Source: a virus (Duplodnaviria; Caudoviricetes). From it: a stretch of DNA of 45,935 bases. The translations under genes were made by a program, and so were the position numbers. The notes beneath the pieces were generated by a model. That model was not told the DNA's origin and did no database searches. It saw only the letters and a program-made list of their open reading frames with translations. The DNA is taken from positions 1-45,935 of the IMG/VR virus record IMGVR_UViG_3300032254_000010; one strand, 5' to 3'. Below are positions 1-9,257 of the stretch, piece by piece. The number at the start of each line of letters is the position of its first letter. Position 1 is the stretch's first letter.

Positions 1-127
1 ACCAGCCATTTCTTCCATTGTTTGCATCAGAGATTGAATCTGGAAATCTGCATTTAATGCTGTAGCATCTAGCTTCATCATCTCTACATCACCATCTTCA
101 CCTACATCAATCTCAGCATTGGGGCCC
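1..127. repeat. 127-bp terminal direct repeat (copy 1); circular assembly overlap
   Basis: 1..127 is identical to 45809..45935 and lies inside the portal ORF. The length matches a common assembler k-mer size. Confidence 0.95.
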
Positions 128-1215
128 CACTCAAAGTCTTCTACATCTCCACGTATTTTAAGAGGAGGATGGGCAATCATATCGAATACATCCGCTTTAA
201 GATTCTCAAGGTGATCTATTCGATACTGCATACCGACGAGGTTATCAAGAGGCCCCATAGCATATAAATTATCAGGTCTTAATCGCCATCCAGCATGTAG
301 TTTAGTTGAACCACGTAACCAACGAGGGTTCTTAATCTTACGGACTACGTAAGCTCTGTCTACTATTGTAATAATGTAGTCCTTCAGTAATTCACCAGAG
401 TCTTCATCAAAAATAGTACCCTCAAACTCTATTAACTCTACTGTACCTGAACCGTAGTATTCTTGCAGTGAACCAAAACCATCGATTTCAATACCTTCGG
501 CTTTAGCCCAATCAGCTACTTCATACTCAGCAAAAGTAGATCTTGTATCTAGCATTTGCTTAACTACATCTTGTTTCCATCCAGATGAATGTTGGGTTTC
601 TGCTTCGTACTGTAATTCACCGAGAGATTTAACATAACGAGTGAATTTAGGAGTGTCTTTAAACCTAGCAGCAGCCGGATTAAAGACAATATCATAAGGG
701 GAGATACGTAGCGCACGAGGGCCAATATATCCTTTTATTACTTCACCAGTTTCCTCATTATTCTGATCTTCATTAACGAACTCACAGTCTGAGAAAACAT
801 TCCCGTAATCGATGAAATCGTACAACATACGTGAAATAGTTTCTTTAAAACCTGACTCACGTAGTTTAGTTTTCATGTAGGCTTCTATTGTTGAAGCTTT
901 ATTAAGATCAGCACTTTCAAAATCAGCAGCTTCCCAACGTAACCAATCATCATTAGGAAATAGAGCAGCCATATAATTACTGTGTAAATTATCCCTTATC
1001 TGACATAACTTAGGTATAGTTGTAGAATTCTTCCAAGGCAACGAAGAATTAGAGGTAGTCCTAGTATCAGTAGCAAATACATAATTACGTTGTTCTTTGG
1101 TTTGCTCTATCCAGACCTGATGCTGATTATGTAGAGAACTATACTGGTTAACAATCTTGACTGCTAAGTCATGAGCACCGAGTACTTCGTTGAATTCTAA
1201 AACAGAGCCTGCCAT
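1..1215 (-). CDS. Portal protein, N-terminal part (continues across the origin into 45808..45251; about 590 aa total)
   Basis: ATG at 1215 reads MAGSVLEFNEV...RNYVFATDTRTTSNSSLPWKNSTTIPKLCQIRDNLHSNY. It is in frame with the 45251..45889 ORF across the overlap and lies between TerL and the scaffold/capsid genes. Confidence 0.85.
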   Translation of the reverse strand, partial: MAGSVLEFNEVLGAHDLAVKIVNQYSSLHNQHQVWIEQTKEQRNYVFATDTRTTSNSSLPWKNSTTIPKLCQIRDNLHSNYMAALFPNDDWLRWEAADFESADLNKASTIEAYMKTKLRESGFKETISRMLYDFIDYGNVFSDCEFVNEDQNNEETGEVIKGYIGPRALRISPYDIVFNPAAARFKDTPKFTRYVKSLGELQYEAETQHSSGWKQDVVKQMLDTRSTFAEYEVADWAKAEGIEIDGFGSLQEYYGSGTVELIEFEGTIFDEDSGELLKDYIITIVDRAYVVRKIKNPRWLRGSTKLHAGWRLRPDNLYAMGPLDNLVGMQYRIDHLENLKADVFDMIAHPPLKIRGDVEDFEWGPNAEIDVGEDGDVEMMKLDATALNADFQIQSLMQTMEEMAG

Positions 1216-1225
1216 TCAAATATCC

Positions 1226-2794
1226 TTAATATGCTACGCCGCCGAACCTGGCGTGAGTAATTATGTTAGTTTTCTTACTAGACCTGCCCTTAGAGTGGCT
1301 AGGTGGGTTAGATACATCTACAGCTGCACATAAAGCATCTTTTATATCATCATGTGGAGGATGCCTCATAGTCATCTCTTCTTCGAGTAATGAACAATTA
1401 CCACCTCTGTAATGATAAACACCTAAGTTATCGTAACGAGGTTCAAGTGTTGCTGATATACGTTCTTCCTTATTACCTTCATTTCTAGAAGGACGGTACT
1501 CATCTACTTTCAAAGACAATCCTTGTTTCTTGATATGATTCTCTTTAATGTCTCTTACTATTGCTTGTTGGGCTACTGTGACCTCAGCTCTCATTTTCTT
1601 AAAACCCCACTTGTAATGCATATGGAGTATATGATCGAAGTACACAGAAATCTTATCTGTCTTGAATCTATCTATATCTAGAACAAATATATCGTTGTCT
1701 GAGTTAACACCTATAACAACTACAGCTGTGTAATCAGCTTTCTTTGATAAAGAGAAAGCGAAATCTATTGCTGCGAAAACATTCAACCTTTTATCTTTAT
1801 AGAACCAGTAACCATTTTCTTCTACTAAGAACTTCTTATCGTAGTACTGGAACTTAGATACATCAATACGATTATTATCAGGATCATTAGGATTATTATA
1901 GTACTGAGACCTGTATTGAGTCTTGTCTATGTACTTAGCACGTTTCTTTGATAATATTTTAATATCAAAACCGTACCATTTTCCGTGTTGATTCTGCTGA
2001 CGAGGCCACAGAAATTCACCTGTTCCGTCTCCTCTATCTTCTACCTGCATCTGCATTACTTCGTAGACCGGAACTGAATCTACTTGATCTCCATCTTCAT
2101 TAAAGACTTCCTCTTCCATAGTCAGTAATGTAGCATAAAGATCTTTTGGATGGTATCTAGTACCGACAACCCACTCCTGCGCACCTGTGGAGTTTTCATC
2201 TGTGCCGGTGGACTCGATACTAGATAGCAAACTGTACTGGCCAGCAACTTTGTTACGGCCTTCTTCTGTGTACGCGTTCTCTTTAACAACAACATCATCT
2301 AGTACTGCAACCTGGAAATGTAGTCCAGTGATACCAGTAGTCAGTCCTGCTGTCTTAATAGTTGCGTCACGAACACCCTCTAGCTTACGTTGAGGGTGAT
2401 CTATTTTAATCTCTGTTTCAGTCCACTTCTCTCGTTTACCTTCTTGTTCATGAACCATTTCTGGCCAGAATCTACGATAAACTTTAGAGGTTAGGATCTG
2501 TTTAATAAAATACAGCTGTTCTTCTGCTAGTCCTGAAGTTGCTGAAATATATAATATAGTCACAGCTGGGTTACGTGTAATCTCCCATGCTACACGATAA
2601 GCAATCATCGCAGACTTTTGATGATCACGAGGCATTAGTAATAGCTGATGGTCTCCACGATCTTCACGAGTCCACCAATTACATACATCTTCATGAACAG
2701 CACCTAGAACTCGATGAGGTGCTATTAATTTAATAAAAGTTAATAAATCATTCTCAGCAGCTTCTTTTGCTAGGATTATTTTATCTGAACTCAA
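1226..2794 (-). CDS. terL: Terminase large subunit
   Basis: Walker A-like PRDHQKS, Walker B AVLDDVV, coupling motif VVGTRYH, nuclease acidic motifs AIDFA...ADYTA and HDDIKDAL. Confidence 0.92.
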   Translation of the reverse strand: MSSDKIILAKEAAENDLLTFIKLIAPHRVLGAVHEDVCNWWTREDRGDHQLLLMPRDHQKSAMIAYRVAWEITRNPAVTILYISATSGLAEEQLYFIKQILTSKVYRRFWPEMVHEQEGKREKWTETEIKIDHPQRKLEGVRDATIKTAGLTTGITGLHFQVAVLDDVVVKENAYTEEGRNKVAGQYSLLSSIESTGTDENSTGAQEWVVGTRYHPKDLYATLLTMEEEVFNEDGDQVDSVPVYEVMQMQVEDRGDGTGEFLWPRQQNQHGKWYGFDIKILSKKRAKYIDKTQYRSQYYNNPNDPDNNRIDVSKFQYYDKKFLVEENGYWFYKDKRLNVFAAIDFAFSLSKKADYTAVVVIGVNSDNDIFVLDIDRFKTDKISVYFDHILHMHYKWGFKKMRAEVTVAQQAIVRDIKENHIKKQGLSLKVDEYRPSRNEGNKEERISATLEPRYDNLGVYHYRGGNCSLLEEEMTMRHPPHDDIKDALCAAVDVSNPPSHSKGRSSKKTNIITHARFGGVAY

Positions 2795-3301
2795 TTAATG
2801 TATCCCAATACGTTTGAAATCTTCTTCTAACTCTTTTTCCATATCGGACTGGATTTTTAATTCTTTCTTAACTTCGGTCTTAGAGGGTGCGCCAGCCTTA
2901 CGCTTGTCCCAACCTCTCTCTGCTATATATTTAGCAGCAGCTGTTCCTTTAGACCCTTCATTACAAGATGTGTCAATTAAAGATCTTATAGCTCCAGATC
3001 TCACCTTAACCTCTAACTCATCTCTGTACTTCTGTATATAAGAGAAAATCTTTTTATTCTGTAATAGTCTTTTCCAGTGCTCCCATGAACCTAGTACTTG
3101 AATCGCTACTTCGTACTCAGATGGGTCAGCAATCTCTATGTAGAGTCTACGTAAGGATGGAAGAATCTCTCCTTTATACTCCCAGTCAACTTCTTTAAGA
3201 GTAAGTATAGGCGGTGTAGATGTACTACGAGTCTCTAAAAACAAACCTTGTGTTAGGTAAGCCCCTACGTGATCTACGAGTTGTTCTCTTTTAAACATCA
3301 T
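2795..3301 (-). CDS. Probable terminase small subunit
   Basis: 168 aa, directly upstream of TerL; helical, with a DPSEYEVA...LGSWEHWKRL motif of the kind seen at this position in related podoviruses. Confidence 0.6.
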   Translation of the reverse strand: MMFKREQLVDHVGAYLTQGLFLETRSTSTPPILTLKEVDWEYKGEILPSLRRLYIEIADPSEYEVAIQVLGSWEHWKRLLQNKKIFSYIQKYRDELEVKVRSGAIRSLIDTSCNEGSKGTAAAKYIAERGWDKRKAGAPSKTEVKKELKIQSDMEKELEEDFKRIGIH

Positions 3302-3310
3302 ATCTGGTTC

Positions 3311-3421
3311 TTAATCTAAATTAAATGGATCGTTAGGTATCGTATATCGCGCACTAATAAAGTGAATTACTGCTCCATCTACTTCTATTACATTTTTTGA
3401 GTAACAGTTATCGGGTAACAT
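3311..3421 (-). pseudogene. 36-aa ORF resembling the N-terminus of an N-acetylmuramoyl-L-alanine amidase (truncated remnant)
   Basis: ATG overlaps the tailspike stop (TAATG). Reads MLPDNCYSKNVIEVDGAVIHFISARYTIPNDPFNLD*; VIHF resembles the first Zn-ligand strand of Amidase_2. Confidence 0.4.
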
Positions 3422-5367
3422 TATTTTGCTACCCAGCCAGTATTTCCAGTTCCGGTTTCTTTTATATATAGAACAGTTCCTGTGCCGCCATCCCTTCGCA
3501 TATATGTAGATCCAACACCCGCAGTATGAACGCCCTCCGGACTTCCTGTACTCCATAAATCTCTAATATCATATAGAGCCTCTCTAATGTTCTGTGTATA
3601 CCCTCCGTTAGAGTTAACAACAACCCTCACACCTATGGCCGCTCCTCCAGTGAACGAGGTTTTATAGGCTAATCCCGCATTATTAAACGTGTTTCCTACG
3701 ATGGATATATATGAAAATGTTACCGCAGAACCACCAAACAATAAGACACCATCTTGTGTGAAATCGGTAGCGGTTACACCTGAAATAGCGCACTTATAAC
3801 TTTCGTCAAGTATAATAGCTTTTGATGCAAGGCTATTGCCATCTAAATTTCCGCCGGTTATACTAAACTCTGTACAGTTTGCCATCTCGTAAGCGTAACC
3901 AGAAGAAATATTAATATTATTCCCAGAAAACGAGTGACCAACGCCGTCTTGGCATTTAATACCCCTTATCGTTCCCGTTGTTTTTAAATTGCTAACAGAG
4001 TTATCACTTATTATGTTATTGGTCGGTGTTGTGCTTAATATAATTCCGTTTGTCGTTACCCCGCCTCCATTGATAGTGTTAGATGAAACAACGCTGTCAG
4101 AACAAGATACAGCTAGCTCTATTCCATATGTTGAAGCCCCGTAGCATGTATTATTACTTATCGCCGTTGCTGATACTGTTGCTGCGGATATACCCATATA
4201 GCCGTTGTATGTTCGGTTGTTAGATATAACGCCGTTTTCTGATTGCCATACCTCTATACAAATAGCAGCAGTATCTGTCGGACTTACCGGCATAATAACG
4301 GTATTGTTTGACACGTTGGATCTTGGTAGATCAAATCCTGTCGCTGCCCTTACTTTTAAGCCGCCCTCACCAATACTTACACCTAAAGAAGATCTATCGA
4401 CATAGCAGCCTGTAACTTCTAAATCTATAATATCTTGATTTACTGTAACCTCAACAAAAATACCTATATTATCAGAGTCGATTACCGTGCAGTCTTTTAT
4501 CTTTAATCCGTCAGATCTATCCCCATATATCCCGTAATTTTTTACATCTGTTGCTGTCGCATTTAAAACTCGACAGTCGTCTACATTGGTAATAGATATA
4601 CCATTGCCGCCCGTTTGATTTACTTTGTTACCGTCAATAGTAGGGTTGTTTATAATGACGTTGTTTGCCGTTACGGAGATAGATGTTGTGTTAGAATTGT
4701 TAATTAAAAATAATGATGCGCCATTGATAAAGTCAAATTTCTGGTTTGCTACATTGGCTGACAATCCAGTATGAGCATAAACACCGTCAGTAAATACTAA
4801 TACATCATTTCCGCCGTCTCTTGCATTATGAATTGCTGTTGTGTTATCTGTTGAGCCGTCTGCAACAGCGCCAAACCACTCAACAAGTACACCACCGCTG
4901 TGATCACGAACAAACCCTATCGTTCCATCCCCGCCCGTAGGAATAAACTCTGTCCCACAATAAGACCCGCCATTGTCTGCGTAAGGTGCAGTAGCGTCAT
5001 ATCTAATTGTAAATTCGCCGCCATCGTCTGAGGTGATGAACATCTTCTTCCCATCATCAGCAGATGTTAGTGTCAATGCAACAGCAGCAGCTTTACTCGC
5101 TAGACGGGTGATATTAGGGTCAGTTATGCTCTCAACTTGAGCAGTTACAACTTGATTATATGTAGCAGCATGTTGTGGAAGAGTTCCATCAACAAGATTA
5201 CTGATACGGTTAGAATTCATGTCTAGATCAGTAGACATAGTATTTGGTGTAGTTCCGTCTCTAGAAACTGTATTCTCAATAGCAGTCTCAATAAGAGCGA
5301 AGTTATTATTTAACTCAGTAGTACTTGCGTACTGGCCCTGTATATCTGTTAATGTTAATTTAGCCAT
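3421..5367 (-). CDS. Tailspike / receptor-binding protein with pectate-lyase-like beta-helix
   Basis: N-terminal virion anchor (SRDGTTPNTMSTDLDMNSNRISNL), WFGAVADGSTDNTTAI beta-helix start, many ISNN/GI repeats, C-terminal GSPEG..VGSTY.R.DGG..LY.K..GTGNTGW motif. Confidence 0.85.
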   Translation of the reverse strand: MAKLTLTDIQGQYASTTELNNNFALIETAIENTVSRDGTTPNTMSTDLDMNSNRISNLVDGTLPQHAATYNQVVTAQVESITDPNITRLASKAAAVALTLTSADDGKKMFITSDDGGEFTIRYDATAPYADNGGSYCGTEFIPTGGDGTIGFVRDHSGGVLVEWFGAVADGSTDNTTAIHNARDGGNDVLVFTDGVYAHTGLSANVANQKFDFINGASLFLINNSNTTSISVTANNVIINNPTIDGNKVNQTGGNGISITNVDDCRVLNATATDVKNYGIYGDRSDGLKIKDCTVIDSDNIGIFVEVTVNQDIIDLEVTGCYVDRSSLGVSIGEGGLKVRAATGFDLPRSNVSNNTVIMPVSPTDTAAICIEVWQSENGVISNNRTYNGYMGISAATVSATAISNNTCYGASTYGIELAVSCSDSVVSSNTINGGGVTTNGIILSTTPTNNIISDNSVSNLKTTGTIRGIKCQDGVGHSFSGNNINISSGYAYEMANCTEFSITGGNLDGNSLASKAIILDESYKCAISGVTATDFTQDGVLLFGGSAVTFSYISIVGNTFNNAGLAYKTSFTGGAAIGVRVVVNSNGGYTQNIREALYDIRDLWSTGSPEGVHTAGVGSTYMRRDGGTGTVLYIKETGTGNTGWVAK

Positions 5368-5449
5368 ATTTATTTAACTTCTCTTAATTGGTACAACGAA
5401 CACACAGAACACAGACAGAATAACACCAAAGGGATCGCTTTATACATAC

Positions 5450-5475
5450 AGCAGCCTGATTCATATCAGGGTGCT
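5450..5475 (-). other. Hairpin just downstream of the zinc-ribbon gene
   Basis: AGCAGCCTGAT-TCAT-ATCAGGGTGCT, 10 of 11 pairs; no U-tract. Confidence 0.35.
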
Positions 5476-5668
5476 ATTTCATCGAGTTCGATCTGATCTC
5501 TTTACTTGCCCAGCCTTCACCTTTAAAGTGAAAGGCACAGGAAGATTTATAATGTCGTTTAATTGAAGTATTTCCACACTTAGTACATAAAGTAGGGAAA
5601 GCCTCCTTCATACTTTGTTGATGTTGGAACTCATCATTACAATGAGTACAGATAAAATCATATGTCAT
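5474..5668 (-). CDS. FmdB-family zinc-ribbon protein
   Basis: YDFICTHC...CTKCG and FKGEGW motifs. Confidence 0.8.
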   Translation of the reverse strand: MTYDFICTHCNDEFQHQQSMKEAFPTLCTKCGNTSIKRHYKSSCAFHFKGEGWASKEIRSNSMK

Positions 5669-5698
5669 ACTTAATACATTTCATAGGTATATATGTAT

Positions 5699-5731
5699 AT
5701 ATTACCAAAAAAAGACGAAAATGTCTAATCA
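5699..5731 (-). promoter_or_regulatory. Sigma70-type promoter for the leftward (structural) arm; copy 1 of a repeated motif
   Basis: On the - strand: TGAT-TAGACA-N17-TAATAT with extended TGG before the -10. The same motif occurs at 8370-8402 and 22409-22441. Confidence 0.6.
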
Positions 5732-5824
5732 GTTTTGAAAATAATTGATTTATTTTACATTATTTGGGGTTTAATCAATATTTAAGACTAGATCAGATGA
5801 ATATGGTTATTTATTAACCATTAT

Positions 5825-5908
5825 GGATACCATAATTTTTCTGAGAAAATTTGAGGGCTTCTGTAGTACCCTTTTAGGATACCATAATTTTTCTGAGAAA
5901 ATTTGAGG
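5825..5908. repeat. Two 32-bp direct repeats with an internal palindrome
   Basis: GGATACCATAATTTTTCTGAGAAAATTTGAGG at 5825-5856 and 5877-5908; core TTTTCT-G-AGAAAA is palindromic. Confidence 0.9.
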
Positions 5909-6062
5909 TTGCAATGCATTACTATATAGAATACCCGACCCCCCTTGTACCCGTACCCTTTGTCTGGGTATATGTATTTAATCTGACCTAGCAAGAATCA
6001 CGCCAAATAAGCCTTAGTTCTTGTGTTCAGATTATGGTGTATTATCCAAGTGTCTCATAAAA

Positions 6063-6135
6063 GACACAAGATGTAGTATGTTGTGGTATAAATGACACAA
6101 GATGTGGTGTGTTGTGGTGTATTGTGGTGTGTTGG
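6063..6135. repeat. Short tandem GACACAAGATGT / TTGTGGTGT repeats
   Basis: GACACAAGATGT occurs twice, followed by iterated TTGTGGTRT units in the non-coding divergence region. Confidence 0.7.
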
Positions 6136-6317
6136 TGAAATAACACACACTACCCCCGAACACATCCCTAAAAGTTCTCTTTATGTTCTCTATCGTATTG
6201 ATTGTATTGATACAATAGACTACTTGTACACATATCTAAACATCAATCCTAAGCTCCTTAGAGCCGATCTGAGAGCCTTTATTCTTACCCTTGTTATGGT
6301 ATTACTTTTATCTTTAC

Positions 6318-6347
6318 GTCTCTTAGAGAGGCTCTTAGTAGGTCTGA
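6318..6347. repeat. Dispersed 30-bp repeat; inverted copy at 29632-29661
   Basis: GTCTCTTAGAGAGGCTCTTAGTAGGTCTGA matches the reverse complement of 29632-29661 at 28/30. Confidence 0.8.
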
Positions 6348-6421
6348 TGATGATCTAACTTGGCATGGTTATTGCTACCTTACATACATGCATGTACTCT
6401 CTGAATTAAATTATTTAATTG

Positions 6422-6452
6422 TTGACATCTGTACCCGAAGTATGCCTATAAT
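6422..6452 (+). promoter_or_regulatory. Candidate early sigma70 promoter
   Basis: Perfect TTGACA and TATAAT upstream of the first + strand gene, but the spacer is 19 bp. Confidence 0.45.
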
Positions 6453-6491
6453 CTCATATCGGCCATGAGGTCATTTACTGAGGATGTTAAT

Positions 6492-6611
6492 ATGTTTGAG
6501 TACATCAACGGCGAGTACTACTGTAGTGAATACAACTTCACAGCTATTCAGGAAACAACTTACGAAGATATTATTTTAATGATAGAAAGAGGAGAGATTG
6601 ACAATGAGTAA
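6492..6611 (+). CDS. Small early hypothetical protein (39 aa)
   Basis: RBS GAGGA; MFEYINGEYYCSEYNF...GEIDNE*; overlaps the start of the next gene. Confidence 0.55.
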   Translation: MFEYINGEYYCSEYNFTAIQETTYEDIILMIERGEIDNE

Positions 6612-7371
6612 TACAACTATAGAAGCGTTTTACTTTTCAAATAAAGATAAAAAATTAAGATATAGAGATAATAGGATTATTCGTACAGGATTGACTCATA
6701 AAGTTAAGGGGGAAATAGAGCTATGTCATCGTGGTTTACACGCTTCTATAAATCCACTAGATGCCTTGCAGTATGCGCCTGATTCATATCTTTGGATAGT
6801 TGAATTATCCGGTGATATTATACAAGGTCAAGACAAAGTATGTGCATCTGAGAGGAAATACATACATGGATTCGACGCGACTAAATTATTAAAGGAGTTC
6901 GCTAAGAAACAAGCACTAATTAATATAGATAAATTTAAGAATTACTGTTCTGATGATCAATACAATAGTATTCTTAAATACTTACATAGTGATTACAAGG
7001 ATATTAATAAGTCTGCTATTGAGTCTGCTATTAAGTCTGCTGCTCGGTCTGCTCGGTCTGCTACTCAGTCTGCTGCTTGGTCTGCTCAGTCTGCTGCTTG
7101 GTCTGCTCGGTCTGCTGCTGCTAAGTACGCTGCTGAGTCTGCTTGGTCTGCTGCTGAGTCTGCTCGGTCTGCTGCTGAGTCTGCTGCTTGGTCTGCTCAG
7201 TCTACTGCTCAGTCTGCTGCTCGGTATGCTACTCAGTCTGCTGCTGAGTCTGCTGCTGAGTCTGCTGCTGAGTCTGCTGCTGAGTATGCTGCTTGGTCTA
7301 ATGCTCAATATGCTGCTAAGTCTGCTGCTAACAAAATGCTAACTGATATGATAAATGAGGTGATAAAATGA
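6604..7371 (+). CDS. Phage protein with CxxGLHAS N-terminal domain and Ser-Ala-Ala repeat tail (paralog 1)
   Basis: ELCHRGLHAS...DALQYA...VELSG...DKVCASERKY followed by SAA(E/W/R) repeats; paralogous to 9954..10718. Confidence 0.8.
   Translation: MSNTTIEAFYFSNKDKKLRYRDNRIIRTGLTHKVKGEIELCHRGLHASINPLDALQYAPDSYLWIVELSGDIIQGQDKVCASERKYIHGFDATKLLKEFAKKQALINIDKFKNYCSDDQYNSILKYLHSDYKDINKSAIESAIKSAARSARSATQSAAWSAQSAAWSARSAAAKYAAESAWSAAESARSAAESAAWSAQSTAQSAARYATQSAAESAAESAAESAAEYAAWSNAQYAAKSAANKMLTDMINEVIK
7012..7329 (+). repeat. Coding tandem repeat (TCTGCT[GCT]NNG)n
   Basis: 9/12-nt units directly visible. Confidence 0.9.
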
Positions 7372-8000
7372 AAACGCATGACGCACATGTAACATCGTAC
7401 AAATTACACAGAGTACAACAAGAGGCTAAGCGGGTTAGTAGAACTCTGAAAGGTTTAGAATCTACCGAGGCAAGAGCTAGAGCACATCGCCTGTCCTTTG
7501 CTGAGATAGGTATTAGCTGTACTAATTTAGTCTTCGACAAGGACTTAGCTGAATCTAACCTTAGTCCTGAGATTGTCGAGATTCTAAAAGATGATCCAGA
7601 GAAGGATACAGGGATTATGCATACCCGTGTTCCGACTAATGCGCAGACGAGTACAATAGCTGAATCTGATCGAGGCGGGATGAAGTCTTTAGTCACTGAT
7701 TTAGATGATGATACACAGACAGAGTTCTATACGGCCTTTGACCTGAATGAACTAGGCCATATACAAAGTGCATCGATGAGGGTTATTGATAGACTCCCTT
7801 TATTTATCCATAACTTAAAAAGGTGGTCTAATGGATTCGACCTTGTGAAATTTAAACGTGCTGAGGGTATCAGAAAGAAAGAATTTATTAATGCAGCAAT
7901 CCCAGCTAAGAACCTTACTAAGCGAGGTAAGATAACTACTAGACGTGCTCCAGTACCTAGACGTAAGCCAAGGACTAGAACTAATGCCCTTATGTCATAA
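7368..8000 (+). CDS. Hypothetical protein with basic C-terminus
   Basis: 210-aa ORF, RBS GAGGTG, ATGA overlap with the previous gene, followed by a terminator. Confidence 0.7.
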   Translation: MKTHDAHVTSYKLHRVQQEAKRVSRTLKGLESTEARARAHRLSFAEIGISCTNLVFDKDLAESNLSPEIVEILKDDPEKDTGIMHTRVPTNAQTSTIAESDRGGMKSLVTDLDDDTQTEFYTAFDLNELGHIQSASMRVIDRLPLFIHNLKRWSNGFDLVKFKRAEGIRKKEFINAAIPAKNLTKRGKITTRRAPVPRRKPRTRTNALMS

Positions 8001-8019
8001 GACCTGATAAAGGTCTGAT

Positions 8020-8044
8020 AGCCCCCAATTCGGGGGCTTTTTTT
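8020..8044 (+). terminator. Rho-independent terminator
   Basis: AGCCCCC-AATTC-GGGGGCT followed by a T-run. Confidence 0.85.
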
Positions 8045-8369
8045 ATGTCTGATTGTTTTAGGCTCTTAGAGAGGATCTAAGAGGTTTATACAAGTACCTA
8101 TATAATACACCCTTACCTGTGTTAAACCTTTCACAAAGACTCTGCTTGTCTCTCATTACATGTAAAATGATGATAGTACTTATAATAACACCATGTAATA
8201 CACACCTGTAACCACCAGACGATATTACGCTAAGTACCTGATATATCTATAAAATCTAGTATTCATGACATACTGAACACATACAAGTATACAGTTTATG
8301 TTTTATCTAGTTAATCTTATATTTATTTATTAAATATTAAGTACTAAGTATTAACATAGGTATACATAG

Positions 8370-8402
8370 ATGTTACCAAAAAAAGACAGTTTTGTCTAAT
8401 CA
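8370..8402 (-). promoter_or_regulatory. Copy 2 of the repeated promoter motif, pointing leftward into an ORF-free region
   Basis: On the - strand: TGAT-TAGACA-N17-TAACAT with TGG extension. Confidence 0.5.
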
Positions 8403-8415
8403 TGGAGAAAATAAA

Positions 8416-8928
8416 ATGAAATTTGAACAATACAAAATACAAGATCTTAAAAAGGCTGTAACTAGCTTGATTAAGAAACATAAGACAATTGCATCAGCTA
8501 CTCAAGAGATGTTGATGGGTGTGGCTTATGAACTCGAAGTTAATAAAGATGTGCTGGAACTAAATCGATTCGTTGTACAGTTAAGCGATATTGATACAGA
8601 TGGAAAAGTGCAATTATCCTCAACAGCGCGTGCTGTAGGTGTGTACATGCAAGCAATGTTACCTGTTAAGTGGTCTAAGAAAGATCAAGGGTTTAATGTA
8701 ACAGATGAAATCCTAGATTTTGACTTTGATGCAGCATGTGAAGCTATGGAAGCTACACGCTGGGATAAATACGGTGTGAAGGGTGCTGATGCTGAGTTCG
8801 ATGCTGACAATCTTCTCAAAAAAGCTATGGGAATGATCAATACAATTATTAAGCACCATAATGACGGCGACTTACAAGATGATGATCCAGCCTTCGTTGT
8901 AGCACGTCGAATTAAGAAAGTATTTTAA
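8416..8928 (+). CDS. Hypothetical early protein
   Basis: ATG at 8416 with RBS GGAG; long open frame. Confidence 0.75.
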   Translation: MKFEQYKIQDLKKAVTSLIKKHKTIASATQEMLMGVAYELEVNKDVLELNRFVVQLSDIDTDGKVQLSSTARAVGVYMQAMLPVKWSKKDQGFNVTDEILDFDFDAACEAMEATRWDKYGVKGADAEFDADNLLKKAMGMINTIIKHHNDGDLQDDDPAFVVARRIKKVF

Positions 8929-9128
8929 TGAGTATTATTTTTGCTTGGGAGAATGAAGCTAGGAATTATGGCAATCCTAAATTTACACATATAGTTTGGC
9001 ACAGTTCTACAGGTAGAATCTGGAGAATGTGCACAAGCGAAGAACATGCTATTAATGTAGTAGATTTGGAAACTGAGGCGTATAGGAATAATCCTGATTT
9101 CCAATTCCATTTTACGGCTATGTTATAA
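8928..9128 (+). CDS. Hypothetical protein
   Basis: 66 aa, TAATG coupling to the upstream gene. Confidence 0.6.
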   Translation: MSIIFAWENEARNYGNPKFTHIVWHSSTGRIWRMCTSEEHAINVVDLETEAYRNNPDFQFHFTAML

Positions 9129-9257
9129 AGTAACACATCACCTGAGAGAGATCCAGACGGTTAAGACTCCTCTTATTAACTGGACTGTAGAGAACAAAAC
9201 AGGTTCAAGCCTAAATGATTTGATGTTAGGCACTAATTCAAACAATGCAAAAGTTAA

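Noticed and set aside
1-127. Terminal repeat as a biological DTR
   Set aside because: It falls mid-portal gene and is exactly 127 bp, typical of an assembler k-mer overlap
5825-5908. Mini CRISPR array
   Set aside because: Only two repeats with a 20-bp spacer and no cas genes; better explained as binding or packaging sites
6092-6358. 88-aa ORF in the divergence region
   Set aside because: Built from repeats, no RBS, upstream of the candidate early promoter
6953-7342. Leu-rich and Ser/Arg-rich ORFs 6953..7342 (+) and 6982..7308 (-)
   Set aside because: Alternative-frame shadows of the stop-free SAA repeat
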